Shown: positions 49,946-61,924 of the stretch, piece after piece
How the letters are laid out: each line of letters opens with the position of its first letter
Numbering within the stretch: position 1 is the stretch's first letter
The notes under the pieces: generated by a model
Seen by the model: the letters and a program-made list of their open reading frames with translations, nothing else
Database searches by the model: none
Told to the model about the DNA's origin: nothing
Source of the DNA: Prorocentrum cordatum
Lineage: Eukaryota
Reading direction: 5' to 3'
NCBI GenBank assembly: GCA_963575745.1
Contig: CAUYUJ010000303.1
Location: 372,001 to 436,000, forward strand
Length of the DNA stretch: 64,000 bases
Position numbers and translations under genes: made by a program

Positions 49946-52900
49946 TCAGTTTTTTGACGATCGACCCCCGTCGAGGTCGCTTTCGCCGCTCTCGATGAAG
50001 GATGCCACTCTGTCGCCTGGGTCCGCGAAGCCGTCGTCCGCGTCGCAGATCCTGACCTTTTTAGGCTGGCTCCTCGCTCTCCTGGGCTCTCTTGGCTGCT
50101 TCAGGTTGCCTCTGCAAGGTGGTGCTGAGCTCGTCCTTTCTGGTGTGCCCATGTGGAAGCGCGGAGGTGGCAGCCGTGGCTCGTGTGGCACGGTGGGCGT
50201 GATGTCCTCAATCGGCAGACGCGGGGGGGTGCTAGGACAGGCCTCCTCGTCGCGGCTGAGGTCGATGAACAGGGTCGTCATGGGTGTTTTGGCTGGCTGT
50301 GGCTGCTGTTGTGGGCTCTTGTTTGGCGTGAAGGGCGTGACGGGTGGGAAAATGGCGGGCCTAGGCGTGGGCTGCTCCGTCGGGATGGGCGAGTCGGCTG
50401 CTAGCGTTGGTGAGAGTGAGGCGAGGTCCGTCGGAGCTTCGTCCTCCTTCTCCTCACGCAGGTCTTGGCCCATCCTCGGCTCTTCCTCCTGCAGGTCAGC
50501 GTCGTCGGATTCGCCGATTGGGATGCAGTCACTGTTTGCCCGCACGCCGAGGAGCCCCTCTTCCCTAGCCTCCTCGGTAGCGACCCTTTCTCCTTCTCCC
50601 AGCCCCAGGTTGGCCAAGTGAAGGAATGGGTCGACGCTGGCGTGCTCCTCGATGGGCGGGCGCTGCTGCGGTGGTAGCGGTGGCGGCGGGAGCTCTTCAG
50701 CAGGTGGCCTCGGCACGAAACTCAGGTCCTGAAAGCTGAAGTCGCCGAACAGCGAGAGGCTCGACTCCTCTGGCGTTGGCCTCGACGATGTATGTGACCT
50801 CTCTCCTGGTCCCACCATGGCCAGCTCCTCGAGGTGCGACGGTAGCTCGGGATGTGGGGGCTCGTACTGACTAGGTAGGAGCCGGAGTAGGTCTGCCTCC
50901 AGTTGCTCTCTCTGGTACTTGTCCTCCTGCTCCGCCATGACTTGGTCGCGCTCAGTCGTGGCTGGATCCTCCATGAGGTCGTCCGTCATGTCGACTAGCA
51001 GGTCCTCATCCACCTGTCCTCCTGCACCCCAGGCGTCCCGTAGAGCGTTCTGGAGTCCTGCTGTCTGCCGATCATGCTCGCGTTGGAGGTCTTGTAGTTG
51101 TTGCTGCCTCTGTATGTCGTTCATGTGCTGGATGTGGGTGTGGTGCCGCATCGCGGCCTGCATCTCCTGCTGGTGCTCGTGCTGCAGAGTGCTGTGGTAC
51201 TGCTGAGTCGCGTGGTTCTCCAACCTCTGCTGGTGTTGCATTACCTGGAGCTCGCTCGTGGCTGCTGCTTGGCGCTGCAGTGCCACCTCCTCCATCCTTC
51301 TAGCTTTGTCCTCCGCTTCCTGGTGCTCCCCGACGCGCTCCAAGTACTTTTCCTGCTCGTACTGCATCTCGTAAGCCTTCGCCTGGATGGCTGAGTGCTC
51401 CAGGTTCAGGATGACCCGCATCGCCTTACGCCTGTTGGCATCTTCCTGGTGCTCGTAGGCCATATGCTGGTAAGCCACTGCGATCTGCAGCTCCTCTTCC
51501 TTGTGAGCGCTGCGCCGAGCGCATCGCTCCTGGTACTCCGCCCCCGCCATCTCCTGCATCGCCTTTTCATTGTGCTCCTGCGCCGTCTTGTGCCACTGGG
51601 CCTCCTGAGCCGCCATCTGTCGCACCGCCTGCTCCTCCTGCTTGGCCTTCTCGACCTGCTGCGTGTAGATGGCTGCTCTTCTCTGGTCTTCCTTGTGCAT
51701 CTCCTCGCGTAACATCTTCTTTTCCAACTCGAGGTGCTTTTGCAAGTCCACGAGCATCCCTTTGGCCCTCTCCTCCTGCGCCTCGTATGCTTTCGCTTCC
51801 TCCTCCTCCAGCTTGGCGTTGTGATGTCTCTTGAGCGCGTTGACCTCCCATGTGTGCCACTCCTGCTGCTTGGCCGGCTGAGCTTCTGTCGTACGGATCA
51901 GCTTTTGCGCCATGGTCTGCTCGCAAGCCTTCAACTCGCTCTTGTGCTTAAGCTCTGCCTGCGCCAGCATGTCACTTTGCTGCTGTTCCCTTCGCTGCTG
52001 CAAGTCGAGCCTCTCGGTCAGCTTCCTGATGGCGTCTTTGATCTCGTCCTTGTTGTCGGCGCTGGTCCTTCCCGCCGGTAGCCGATCATGTCCTCCAGAG
52101 CTTTGTTCCTCTCCGTCTTTGCCGCCATTACGTCGTGATTCATGCCGTGCTGGGGCTGCTGGTGCTGTTGCTGCTGCTCCTGAGGAGGCATCTGCTGCTC
52201 TGACTGGCTGGGCTGCGACTGGTGCAACTGGTGCTGCAGCTGAGTCGCGCTTCCTCCTCGCAGCTGGGTGTGGCGTGCGCCCTCTGGTGCGGTCCTCGCA
52301 CCCCTCCTCCTCCGACGATTCCTCCTTCACACCCGCTGACTTGGCCATCTGGTCTCTGGTTCCCCTCAGCAGGGTCTTGTAGACCTTGATGGTTCTGGCG
52401 GCCGCCGCCTCCTGGTCGGACAACATGTTGAGCCGCTTCTCCATCTCGGTGTGCTCCTCCTCCAGCTTTTCCAGTGTAGCCCTGAGCTGCTTCATGCGCT
52501 CTTTGTGGGGCAAGACAAAGGAGATGTTCGTAGCAGTGGTCGCTGCTTCCTGCTCGAGGCTCGACGTGCACAAACCCGCCAACGTGGCGCCAGCAATGTT
52601 CTCGGCGAGGCGGCCCAGCCTGTGGCACTTCGTCTTGTACCACACGTAGCGCGTCTCCTCGTCGTCGGGTGGTGCGGACCAGCTCTCGTGCGCCATCGCC
52701 ACGGCGAAGGAGACAGGCGTGATGCTGTCCAGGACTGCCTTCTGCTGCAGGCTGTACTGGAAGTTGCCGATGTGGGCTGCAGCTGGTGTGTCCTGTTGGT
52801 CCCTCCTTCTGCGCCTGCTGCTCCTCCTTCTGGCTGAGGTGCTCCTCCATGGCGCACTGTCCTTCCAGTGCTGGGCGCTGTCGCTTCGCTGCTGGTGCTG

Positions 52901-53251
52901 TGGATGCTTTTGCTGGTGCTGGTAATGGGTTGGCTGTTGTTGGTGTTTGTGGGTGTGAGGCTGCTGCTGCTGCTGCTGGTTGTGCTGCTGCCTCTGTGCG
53001 TTGTGCTGGTGGTATCCGTTGTGCTGGCGTTGGTGGTGCTGGCCATCACCACGGGCCCACACCCAGGGTCGCCCTCCGATGGCTCCGAAGTCTCCAGTCC
53101 AGTCTCTGGCGCTGCTGCTGCGCCTGCGCTGGTGTTGCTGCTGCGCCTTCGTAGCCATCTCGCTGCTGCTGCGCCTGCGCTGGTGGTGCTGCTGGCGCTG
53201 GGGCTGCTGCGCTGAGTGGTGGGCGTTGAGGACGTTGGCCGCCTCCACCAC
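49946..53251 (-). CDS. ORF1-like protein of LINE E (Q/H-rich N-terminus, long E/Q/K coiled coil, Pro-rich tail); start uncertain
   Basis: Uninterrupted 1101-aa ORF upstream of and co-oriented with the RNase H-APE-RT region. Confidence 0.7.
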   Translation of the reverse strand: MVEAANVLNAHHSAQQPQRQQHHQRRRSSSEMATKAQQQHQRRRSSSARDWTGDFGAIGGRPWVWARGDGQHHQRQHNGYHQHNAQRQQHNQQQQQQPHTHKHQQQPTHYQHQQKHPQHQQRSDSAQHWKDSAPWRSTSARRRSSRRRRRDQQDTPAAAHIGNFQYSLQQKAVLDSITPVSFAVAMAHESWSAPPDDEETRYVWYKTKCHRLGRLAENIAGATLAGLCTSSLEQEAATTATNISFVLPHKERMKQLRATLEKLEEEHTEMEKRLNMLSDQEAAAARTIKVYKTLLRGTRDQMAKSAGVKEESSEEEGCEDRTRGRTPHPAARRKRDSAAAPVAPVAAQPVRAADASSGAAATAPAAPARHESRRNGGKDGEEQSSGGHDRLPAGRTSADNKDEIKDAIRKLTERLDLQQRREQQQSDMLAQAELKHKSELKACEQTMAQKLIRTTEAQPAKQQEWHTWEVNALKRHHNAKLEEEEAKAYEAQEERAKGMLVDLQKHLELEKKMLREEMHKEDQRRAAIYTQQVEKAKQEEQAVRQMAAQEAQWHKTAQEHNEKAMQEMAGAEYQERCARRSAHKEEELQIAVAYQHMAYEHQEDANRRKAMRVILNLEHSAIQAKAYEMQYEQEKYLERVGEHQEAEDKARRMEEVALQRQAAATSELQVMQHQQRLENHATQQYHSTLQHEHQQEMQAAMRHHTHIQHMNDIQRQQQLQDLQREHDRQTAGLQNALRDAWGAGGQVDEDLLVDMTDDLMEDPATTERDQVMAEQEDKYQREQLEADLLRLLPSQYEPPHPELPSHLEELAMVGPGERSHTSSRPTPEESSLSLFGDFSFQDLSFVPRPPAEELPPPPLPPQQRPPIEEHASVDPFLHLANLGLGEGERVATEEAREEGLLGVRANSDCIPIGESDDADLQEEEPRMGQDLREEKEDEAPTDLASLSPTLAADSPIPTEQPTPRPAIFPPVTPFTPNKSPQQQPQPAKTPMTTLFIDLSRDEEACPSTPPRLPIEDITPTVPHEPRLPPPRFHMGTPERTSSAPPCRGNLKQPREPRRARSQPKKVRICDADDGFADPGDRVASFIESGESDLDGGRSSKN

Positions 53252-53579
53252 CCGCAGCAGAGCCCTTGCCGAGGAACGGCGGGCCCTCTTTCGCCTGTGC
53301 CAGGCGGGCTCCTGAGGCGTCTGACCCCTCCTGGCGCGCCAGCAGGCGCGCAGCCAGGCACAAGGTCGCGGCTGCGGCGGCGACTATCGCCGACCCGCCG
53401 CGGCGCGCGAGCCCGGCCCCGCGGGCGGCCGATCCCGATTGGCGTGAGTCGATCGGCGCCATCAGACGATCAGGCCGAACGGATGATCGTTCACGGCCCA
53501 GGCCCGCCAGAGGCCAAATGGGCTTTATCCTCCTCCTCCTCCTCCTCCTCAGGAGGGTTATTCAAAAGTTCCAGCCACG

Positions 53580-53795
53580 AATTATCAGTGGTAGCTCGGG
53601 TCAGGGCTAACTCGGGTTCGTTTTTCGGGATTCCGAACCCGATTTATCCCGGACCCGAGTTGCCCCGGATAGTTTGGGCGTCTAGAGCGCCAAAATCATC
53701 AGGGGTAATTCGGGCCAGGGCTAACTCGGGTTCGTTTTTCGGGAACCCAAACCCGAGTTACCCCGGACCCGAGTTACCCCGGATAACTCGGGCGT
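53580..53795. repeat. Second locus of the two-unit ~110-bp foldback repeat
   Basis: Near-identical to 14012-14225. Confidence 0.85.
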
Positions 53796-54770
53796 CCCTC
53801 TACAGGAGGAATCTTCAAAAGCTGCCACCACGAGTAAAAAAGCCTGGGGATTATTTGTGACCTCCTCCTTCCTCCTCATCCCCCACAACCTCAAGTTGCA
53901 AGTTGCAGCGATGAATCCCGCTTCCCAGTGTTTCTTTTTGAAACGGCCTTGCCGGGTGTTGTCATACTATTCGACAATCTTGTGTATTAGAGGACTCCAG
54001 CAACATATCACGTTCCAAACGGCGCCAGCTTCGCGACAGGAGAATTGCAGCATGGCACCCGACAGTATCACGTCTCAGGTGTGTATGTTTGACCATTCCT
54101 TGACAACGCAAACCCAGACATGCTTATCAAGTCCAGCTATACATTTCGCTTACAAACAAAGTTGGATTTCAGATTGCAGCATCTGGAATATGGTGATCAT
54201 CTACCTCGAAACGCAAGTATTGTTGTATGGCCAGCGCTACGAGTTTAAATGCCGCTTTCAGAAATTGCACATTGTACTACAGATGGCGACGTTTGTCGTT
54301 TTAGTGGGCATCCGGCATCGGGAGGCAATGGCCGCCCCATCTCATCATGATGACATCGAAATGCCAGAGGCACCAGTGTGAATGTCGTGGGCATGCGGTG
54401 CGACGGGCGAGCCGCGCTCCATGTTGAAAGAAGACAATCAGGGAAATCTGAGACACAAGATATGGAAGTTCTCAAGAAAGGCCACAGAGGAGAGCGGCGA
54501 AATCTCACATTCAGCGATTGCCGCTTGCAGGGTTCGGAGTACGATCCTTCCTGTCACATGTATGAGAACAAATTGCCGGACCGAGACTCACCGTCGAGGA
54601 TCAATTTGTGTACGGTGGATGGAGTTCTTGTTGCACATAGATCACGTGTGTGTATGACGTGCGCGAATCGTTTCCGTATGCGGAGCATCAATGCAAGCTG
54701 ATGCCTTCATGGAGCGAACATATGAGCACCCGGCAGGAAAGGTAAGAGCGGGAAAATAACAACATGAATA

Positions 54771-54948
54771 TTCCAGATTTCGTAACAAAGGGAGGGGGGT
54801 CTCATTTCGGGGGGGTCTCTTCCAGGCTATCTTGGAGGGCCTGGAGGGGTCTGGGGACGATGTTTTGGAGGGTTCTCCCACGGGGGAGGTCTGAAACGGC
54901 TTGTCTTGGAGGGTCCAGACCCCCTCCCTTTTATTACGAAATCTGGAG
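54771..54948. mobile_element. Tc1/mariner-type MITE with ~32-bp TIRs and TA TSD
   Basis: TA|TTCCAGATTTCGTAACAAAGGGAGGGGGGTCT ... AGACCCCCTCCCTTTTATTACGAAATCTGGAG|TA. Confidence 0.8.
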
Positions 54949-55074
54949 TAGCATCGAGAAGCGAGTTTCTGCCTACCGGCGCTTCTGCTGCTAGAGGGCC
55001 GTGCTCCAGCACGAATTACAGCGCCTCGCCTCGCCTTGCCTCGCTCCCCCACCTCCCTCTCCTCCGTCCCTGCC

Positions 55075-55261
55075 CGTCCTCGTCCTTCCTCCTCCTCCTC
55101 CTTCTCCCCCTCCTCCTCCTCTTCCTCCTTTTCCTCTCCCTCCTCTTACTGTTTCTCCTCCTCCTCCTCCTCCTCGTTCTCGTTCTCGTTCTCGTTCTCG
55201 TTCTCCTCCTCCTCCTCCTCCTCCTCCTCCTCCTCCCCATCCTCCTCCTCCTCCTCCTCCC
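55075..55261. repeat. (CCT)n / (TTCTCG)n tract
   Basis: Visible directly in the sequence. Confidence 0.93.
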
Positions 55262-57914
55262 ACTCAGTCGACGCAGGCCGCCGACGCAGGCCGCCTGCCG
55301 CCGTGAGCTGTTCCATGTCGCCGCTGGGTGGAGTCCCGCGAGGCTGGCGCACACCGCGCCGCGCCGCCGCGATCGCCCTGGCGGCGGCCTGGCCGCCTGG
55401 GCAGGCGCGGACCTGCTGCTGCGCGCCGCTGGGCGTTGGCCTGCGGCCTGCGCGCGTGGCTGCGGCGGTGGCGTGGGCGGCGCCGCGTCGTCATTGGGCT
55501 TGCCGACGTGCGGCGGGTCGCTTCGGCGTCCCCGCGGTGGCCGTGGCGCTGCCTCTTGGTGCTGGGCCACCGGCCGCGCCTCCTGCCGCGCCGCTGCGCT
55601 GCTAGGCTGCCCCGAGTTCGTGCGCGAGCTCGGCCCGTACAAAATGGCCATGGTGGCCGTGGAGCACTTCTTGGTGCTCGTGGCGACGGTCGTTGCCGCT
55701 CTTCGTCTGAGCCGTGAAAGCCGCGGACTGTTTCCTGTTTGCTGTTGGGGGGTCTGGCTCCTCAAGTGGAGGCGAGGCCCCCCGCGGCGGGAGCGGCGGC
55801 AACTCCCACTCAGCCCAGTTCTGTTCAAGTTCGCATCGGAGGCCCCACCGCGGCGCACCAATGCCAGGGCCGATGGACGGGCGGCGCTGTGCCGTGGAAG
55901 CCCCGCGCGGGGCGTTGATGGCCACGCGCGCCGCGTTCGGCTTGGCCGCGGGCCACTCCCGCGAGGGAACGCGGCTGCTTCGCGCATTTCATGGGCTGCT
56001 GCGCGCAGCCGTCACATCGCTCAACGCTCCAGCGGCGGCTGCCGCGCCGGCGCCTGCGGGAAGTATGGCGGCGCCCCTGGCGCCGACAGCGCCCCCGCGG
56101 GCGCGGCGGCGCGGGCCGCGCGGCGGCCCTTCGCGGAGCTCTCGTTGATGTCCGCGACGACGGCGCAGCGCAGGGCAAGGCGGAGGTGATCGGCAGCGGC
56201 GTGGCAGTCGACGACGGGGTCGCGTCGTCTGGCGACGCCTGGGCGGAGGATCTGCCGCCGCACCCATCGGGCCCAGGCAAGGACAAAGACAAGGGGCCGC
56301 CCGCCTCGCTGTCCGTCGGCATGCGTGCTCGGTTTTCCCGCGAAGCAGGCATGGTCATTAGGGTGGTCATGGAGTCGGTTGGCGTGAAAACCGCTGCGTT
56401 CCTCTGCGCGGAGGATGGCGGAGCGGCTTGTGGCAGTCCCGTCGCGGTCGCGGTCGACATGATCGTACCGCTTGGGCCGCTGGCCCGGAGGCGGTGGCAG
56501 TGGGGGACGATTGGAGCTTTTGCCGCATTGCGATGCAGGGCCGCCGTCTTTCCCCTCCTCCCGCTGCATGGCCTTCGCCGCAGGCGCGCACTTCTGCCCG
56601 CTCTTCTAAGCCGCGCGTTCCCGCAGGCATTGGTTGCGCCACGCTAGTGCGCGTCGTCCTCCTGCCCCTCGCATCCTCTTTCCCCCGCCTCGCGCCATGG
56701 ACAGCTGCGAAGAGGCTCGAGGCGAGCGCGGGCCCTGTACACCGCGCGCGGCGCCAGTCCTTGAGCAGGCCGACTCGGGAGTGGGGGGCCGAGGATGTGG
56801 GATTCATTTGTTTCTTGATTCTACAGGCTTACGCCACATCCGCCGACCCCTTGTATTCCTTGTGATAGCAGCGCGAAATCGTCAAGCATCATTAGTCGTT
56901 TTCTCTCGTCTTGCAATGTCTGGTCCCTGCCTCGCAGCATTCAATTCAGCTTACCTTTCGTCTGTAACCTTCGTTTCGGATGCAATGTCTTATGATAGCA
57001 CTCAGTGCAGCTTATCTTATGGTTGTCTTACTTTGAGATGCAAGGGGCTGGGCTCCGGCCCGCCCGCGCCGCCCCTAAGGGGCCTGCCGACCCGTGAGGC
57101 GTTTTCCCACAATCGGGGAAGCACGCGAGACCTTCTGAGAGTTATCGGTGAAACTCTCACCACAATTTGGAAGACCTGGTCAGCTCCCCGTCAGGCGTTT
57201 TTCCGCAATCGGGGAAGCATGCAAGACCTTCTGAGAGTTATCGGTTAAGCCCTCAGCATTCGAGAAAATTGGACGTCCCAAATGGTCCCAAGACGGTTCA
57301 AGAGGGCCCCAAGACAGTCCAAAAGAACCCCTAATAGGCCCCAAGAGGACGGCCCAGAAGACACAGGGCAAATACAGAGTGATCGGTAACGCAGAAGGCT
57401 CATCACGCCAAGGCTCCCAACGGCGAAAGCGGGCACGCGTATTGGTGAGAAAAAGGAGGACGGAGACAGGCGAATGGAGATGAGGCGGAGGATAGGGGGG
57501 GGCGAATCATCGAATATGACGAGGTGAAGCCGACCAGGAACACGAGGAGGGGGACGAGGAGGAGGGGAACGTGGAGAGGGTGGAGGAGGACGAGGAGGAG
57601 GGGGACATTGAGATGAGGCTCTGAGTTATGGTCTATGGGTGAGAAATTCTTGTATGTGTATAGCGATGTATGGTCTATGGGTGAGAAATTCTTGTATGTG
57701 TATAGCGATTTCGCGGCACGCCTTTCGGGGACCTCTGGAAAACAATTTTGAAGCCACCGGGGGGCCGAGGTGGACAAGGACGGTGAGGAGGAGGAGGAGG
57801 GGCACACAGAGAAAATGAAGAACGGGGGGAAAAGAATCGACGAGGATGAGGATGAGGCGAGGGAGGAAAAGGAAGAATGGGCGAGGGGCTTCTCGCGGGA
57901 TTTTTGGAGGCAGT

Positions 57915-58785
57915 TTCGAAGCCTCTTGGGGGCCGTTTTGGGACCGTTTGGGGCCCTCTTGGGGGCCTTTTGGAGCTTCTTGGAGGCGTCTTGGGGGCCT
58001 CCTGTGGCCTCTTGGGGCCTTCTGGTGCCGTCTTGGGGCGGAAGGCTCGGATTGTCGGTTCAAGCTCCCCTTCTTGGGCCCCTCGTGGGGCCGTCTTGGG
58101 GCCCTCTTGGGCAGTCTTGGGGGCCTGTTGGGCCGTCTTGGCGCCCTCTGGGGCCGACTTGGGCGCCTCTTGGGGGCCTCTTGGGCCGTCTTGGAGCGGT
58201 CTTAGGGTGCTCTTGGACGGTCTTCAACGCCGTGAAGGCCGTCAAGTCGTATATCATCAAAATGTAGGTTTTTCATAGGAATTTCACAGTTTTCAGCTCG
58301 TAGGCCCTTCTGAGGACTGCTCTTGGAGGCCGCTTGGGCCGTCTTGGAGGTCTCTTGGCTCGTCATGTGACCATCTTGGGCGTCTTGGAGCGCTCGTGTG
58401 GCGTCTCGGGGCCCTCGTGGGCCGTCTTGTAGGCGTCTTGGGACCTTCTTGGCCCGTCTTGAGCCCTTTTTGGGCCCAAAAAAGCCTGTGAGTCGCTCGT
58501 CCCGGGCCCGGAGGGAGGGGTCAAATCGCAGGTTTGGGGTCCCTGGGGGGGTATTTTTTGGGGGGGAACTATCTCACACGCCTAGAGACCCACAAGGGGT
58601 CGGCGGATTTTTGCCTCTCAGGGTCCTCTTGGGGGGCATCTTCAAGGCCTCTTTGGGCATCTTGGAGGCCTCTTGGGCCATCTTGAGACCATTTAGGGCG
58701 TCTTGGAGCGATCTTTGGGCGTCTCGGGGCGTTCTGAGCCGTCGTGGGCCTCTTTGGGCCCTCTTGGGCCCGTTTTGGGGCCGCC
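57915..58785. repeat. Degenerate ~11-bp repeat (CTCTTGGGGCC-like)
   Basis: Recurring TCTTGGG/GGCC; reverse-complement patches near 32060-32500 and 57280-57360. Confidence 0.75.
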
Positions 58786-60139
58786 ATCGCTCCGAAACGG
58801 TCACGAGAGAAACCGCGAGAAGCCCCAGGAGAAGGTGTCGCGATGTGGGGTCTGGGGCTCTGAACGACTCCTCAGGCGTGATGGTTGAGGTTGAGAGGAT
58901 GATGGCAAGGACCTGAGGACACGTTCTTGGTTTGAATCGAGGGGGGTGGCAGTGACTCGGGTTAGCGGTCGGTAGATTGGGCGAGGTGGCAAGTATCATC
59001 CAGGAGCAGCAACGACCCCATCCCCGAAGGGGAAACATGGGGTTGGACAAGGAACCGCGATTGACCATCTCCTGCCCAGAAGACGGCTGGGTCTTTGAGT
59101 TAGGAGACCACATGCTAGAAGTTGTTTGGGTCGGTTTCGGCGAAGCCATCATCGGTAATTTGGGCCCTGAGATGCCGCCTGTGAGGCGGTCCGGCCGGTC
59201 TCGAGACATCCCTGCAGTTATGGGCTTCGAGTTGCCGCGCGAGAGAGTCCAGCCCATTGCGCTTCGGCTTCTTCGCCGCTGTCATGAGGCGGTCCAGCTT
59301 TTTGGCTTGAAACATCCTCGCAGAGCAATCTTCGCCCGGTGCATCCTCGTTATTCTGGATTCGTCGATGCTCTTGTCGCACGGTATCAGATCCCGTTTCC
59401 TCGCTGCTCTGGGCTCGCAGTTGCCGTGGACTGTTCGTTTCGCTTGAGATCTCATTGCCACTCCAGGTTTATGTACGTCTTATGTCCTCACCTCACGTGG
59501 TCCCGATCTTTTTCGCTTGAGACATCGTCGGGATTGTATTTTCGGGGATGCCCAGACCTGAGGTGGTTCAACCAATTTCGCCCGAGATCTCCCATTTCTG
59601 GGCTCAAAGATGTCCTGTCAATTTGTGTCACTTTTCAGTGGACACTCGGGAGACTGGAACCCTCCTTGTTCCCAGTGGCAAATCTGTCAATCGGGGCCAC
59701 TTGTCAAATGGGCGAGGGTACCTGGGCATTGCATGAGGCGGGTTGCCCGTCGATTTCACACACCATTCACCCAAAGGGGTGGGCGGACTTCCTTGTCCTT
59801 GCGTTAGATGCTGTGTGGCACTTCGTCGGAGGATAGGCCCGACGTTGCCCCATCAGCCAGACCACTGCTGCTACTGCACCTCGCTTTGCCGTTGCGCAAA
59901 AAAGAAGTGATATCACATCGCCTTCAAGGCCGGCTGGTTCGAAAGTCATGGGGCGTCGCGTGAAGTTCGCGGGGGGGGGTTCAGTGATATGCCAGCACCA
60001 AGCTTGGCCAGGCCTTTCATGGCCTTTCGCCAGTTGCCCCTGAGAGGCTTGGCCAACTCAGGAGCTTCGATTCCTGGCCGATCCGACTCTTGGGTTCCAG
60101 TTTCGGAGAGCTGGCGCAGCGCGCCCCTGAAAAAAGTGC

Positions 60140-61367
60140 TGATGCTCTGACGCTTTCGACGCTCCTGACGCTCTTGACGCTCTGGCGCTCCTGACGCTCC
60201 TGACGCTCCAGGCGTCAGAGTGTCAGGGGCGTCAGGATCGTCAGAGCGTCAAGAGCGTCAGGAGCGTCAAGAGTGTCAGGGGCGTCAGCAGCGTCAGGGA
60301 GCGTCAGGGAGCGTCAGGGAGCGTCGGGGGCGCCGGGGGGCGTCAGGAGCGTCAGGAGCATCAGAACGTCAGGAGCGTCAGGGGCGTCAGGAGCGTCAGG
60401 AGCGTCAAGAGCGTCAGGAGCGTCAGGAGCGTCAGGGGCGTCCACCATTCCGGCGCTGCCGCTCGAGACATCCTCACAACTCCGGCGCCGCCGTTCGAGA
60501 CATTCTCACAACTCCGGCGCCGAGACATCCTCACAACTCTGGCGCCGCCGCTCGAAACATCCTCACAACTTCGGCGCCGCCGCTCGAGACATCCTCACAA
60601 CTCCGGCGCCGCCGCTCGAAACATCCTCGCAACTCCGGCGCCGCCGCTCGAGACATCCTCACAGCTCCGGCGCCGCCGCTCGAGCGTCAGGAGCGTCAAA
60701 AGACTCCGGAGCGTCAGAGCGTCAAGAGCGTCAGGAGCGTCAAGAGCGTCAGGAGCGTCAGGGAGCGTCAGGGAGCGTCAGGGAGCGTCAGGGAGCGTCG
60801 GGCACGCCGGGAGCGTCAGGGAGCGTCAGGAGCGTCAGGGAGCGTCAGGGAGCGTCAGGAGCGTCAGGAGCGTCAGGAGCGTCAGGAGCGTCAGGGAGCG
60901 TCAGGAGAGCGTCAGGAGCGTCAGGGGCGTCCACAACTCCAGCGCCGCCGCTCGAGACATCCTCACAGCTCCAGCGCCGCCGTTCGAGACATCCTCACAA
61001 CTCCAGCGCCGCCACTCGAGACATCATCACAATTCCGGCGCCGCCGCTCGAAACATCCTCACAACTTCGGCGCCGCCGCTCGAGACATCCTCACAACTCT
61101 TGCGCCGGGGGGCGTCAGGAGCGTCAAGGGCGTCAGGAGCGTCAGGGGCGACAGGAGCGTCAGGAGCGTCAAGAGCGTCAGGAGCGTCAGGAGAGCCAAG
61201 GGCGTCAGGGGCGTCCACGACTCTGGCACCGCCGTTCGAGACAACCTCGCAAGTCTGGCGCCGCCGCTCGAGTCATCCTCACAACTCCGGCGCCGCCGCT
61301 CGAAACGTCCTCACAATTCAGGCGCCGCCGCTCGAGACATCCTCACAACTCCTGCGCCACCGCTCGA
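60140..61367. repeat. Composite satellite: blocks of (CAGGAGCGT)n alternating with a 32-bp unit CGCCGCCGCTCGAGACATCCTCACAACTCCGG
   Basis: Visible directly; the first block (60140-60210) is inverted. Confidence 0.93.
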
Positions 61368-61924
61368 GTGGGATGGGTGGATGGAGGGAGCTGAATGGAA
61401 GGAGTGAGGAGGAGGAGGAGGAGGAGGAGGAGGTGGATGGGGGAGGAGGACGAAGGGTAAGAAGCGGATGGGGACACTTTTAGGCCAAACTCTCGATCGA
61501 CACATTTGGCAAGTTAATTGTGACGCGACTTGTACCAGAGCAGGTCGTGGGGATGTCCCGTACGACGCGCTCGATTGGCATCCCCTCGCGTGAGCAGGAA
61601 AACCGGAGGAAGAAGAGGAGGATCAATGAGGATGCTCCTTATTTCTTCCCCCTCTTTACCCTGGGTTTAACACTCGGTAGTTTTGATGTGAGCCTGCAGT
61701 CTCGTATAGCAGCCGAGTGTAGCCGCCGGGAGCCGACAGCAGCAAATAGCACCCGATGTCAGCCAATAGGACCGGATATTGGCCGCCAAGGGCCGCGCCC
61801 ACCGTGGTGTAAGCTATGTCCACCGTGGTCAAGCTATGTGGTGTAAGCTAAAAGCGAATCCCTATCCCGTTACTCATTCTTCTCATGCTGCTCTACGTGT
61901 TCCACCTAGCCCTCCTCGTCCTTT

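Larger units (their letters stand above)
41694..53527 (-). mobile_element. Large decayed LINE E: ORF1 coiled coil; ORF2 RNase H-APE-RT-C2H2-C5 DNA methyltransferase
   Basis: See the component features below. (CCT)n on the + strand abuts the 5' end at 53528; the 3' end may extend to ~39430. Confidence 0.85.

Noticed and set aside
55262..56650. GC-rich overlapping ORFs
   Set aside because: No recognisable motif; long ORFs in all frames are expected at this GC content.
57090..57710. Two local direct duplications (~58 bp and ~41 bp)
   Set aside because: No associated structure; ordinary local duplications.
58850..59840. Possible very old minus-strand LINE fragment
   Set aside because: Only faint resemblance to pre-RT sequence; no intact diagnostic motif.
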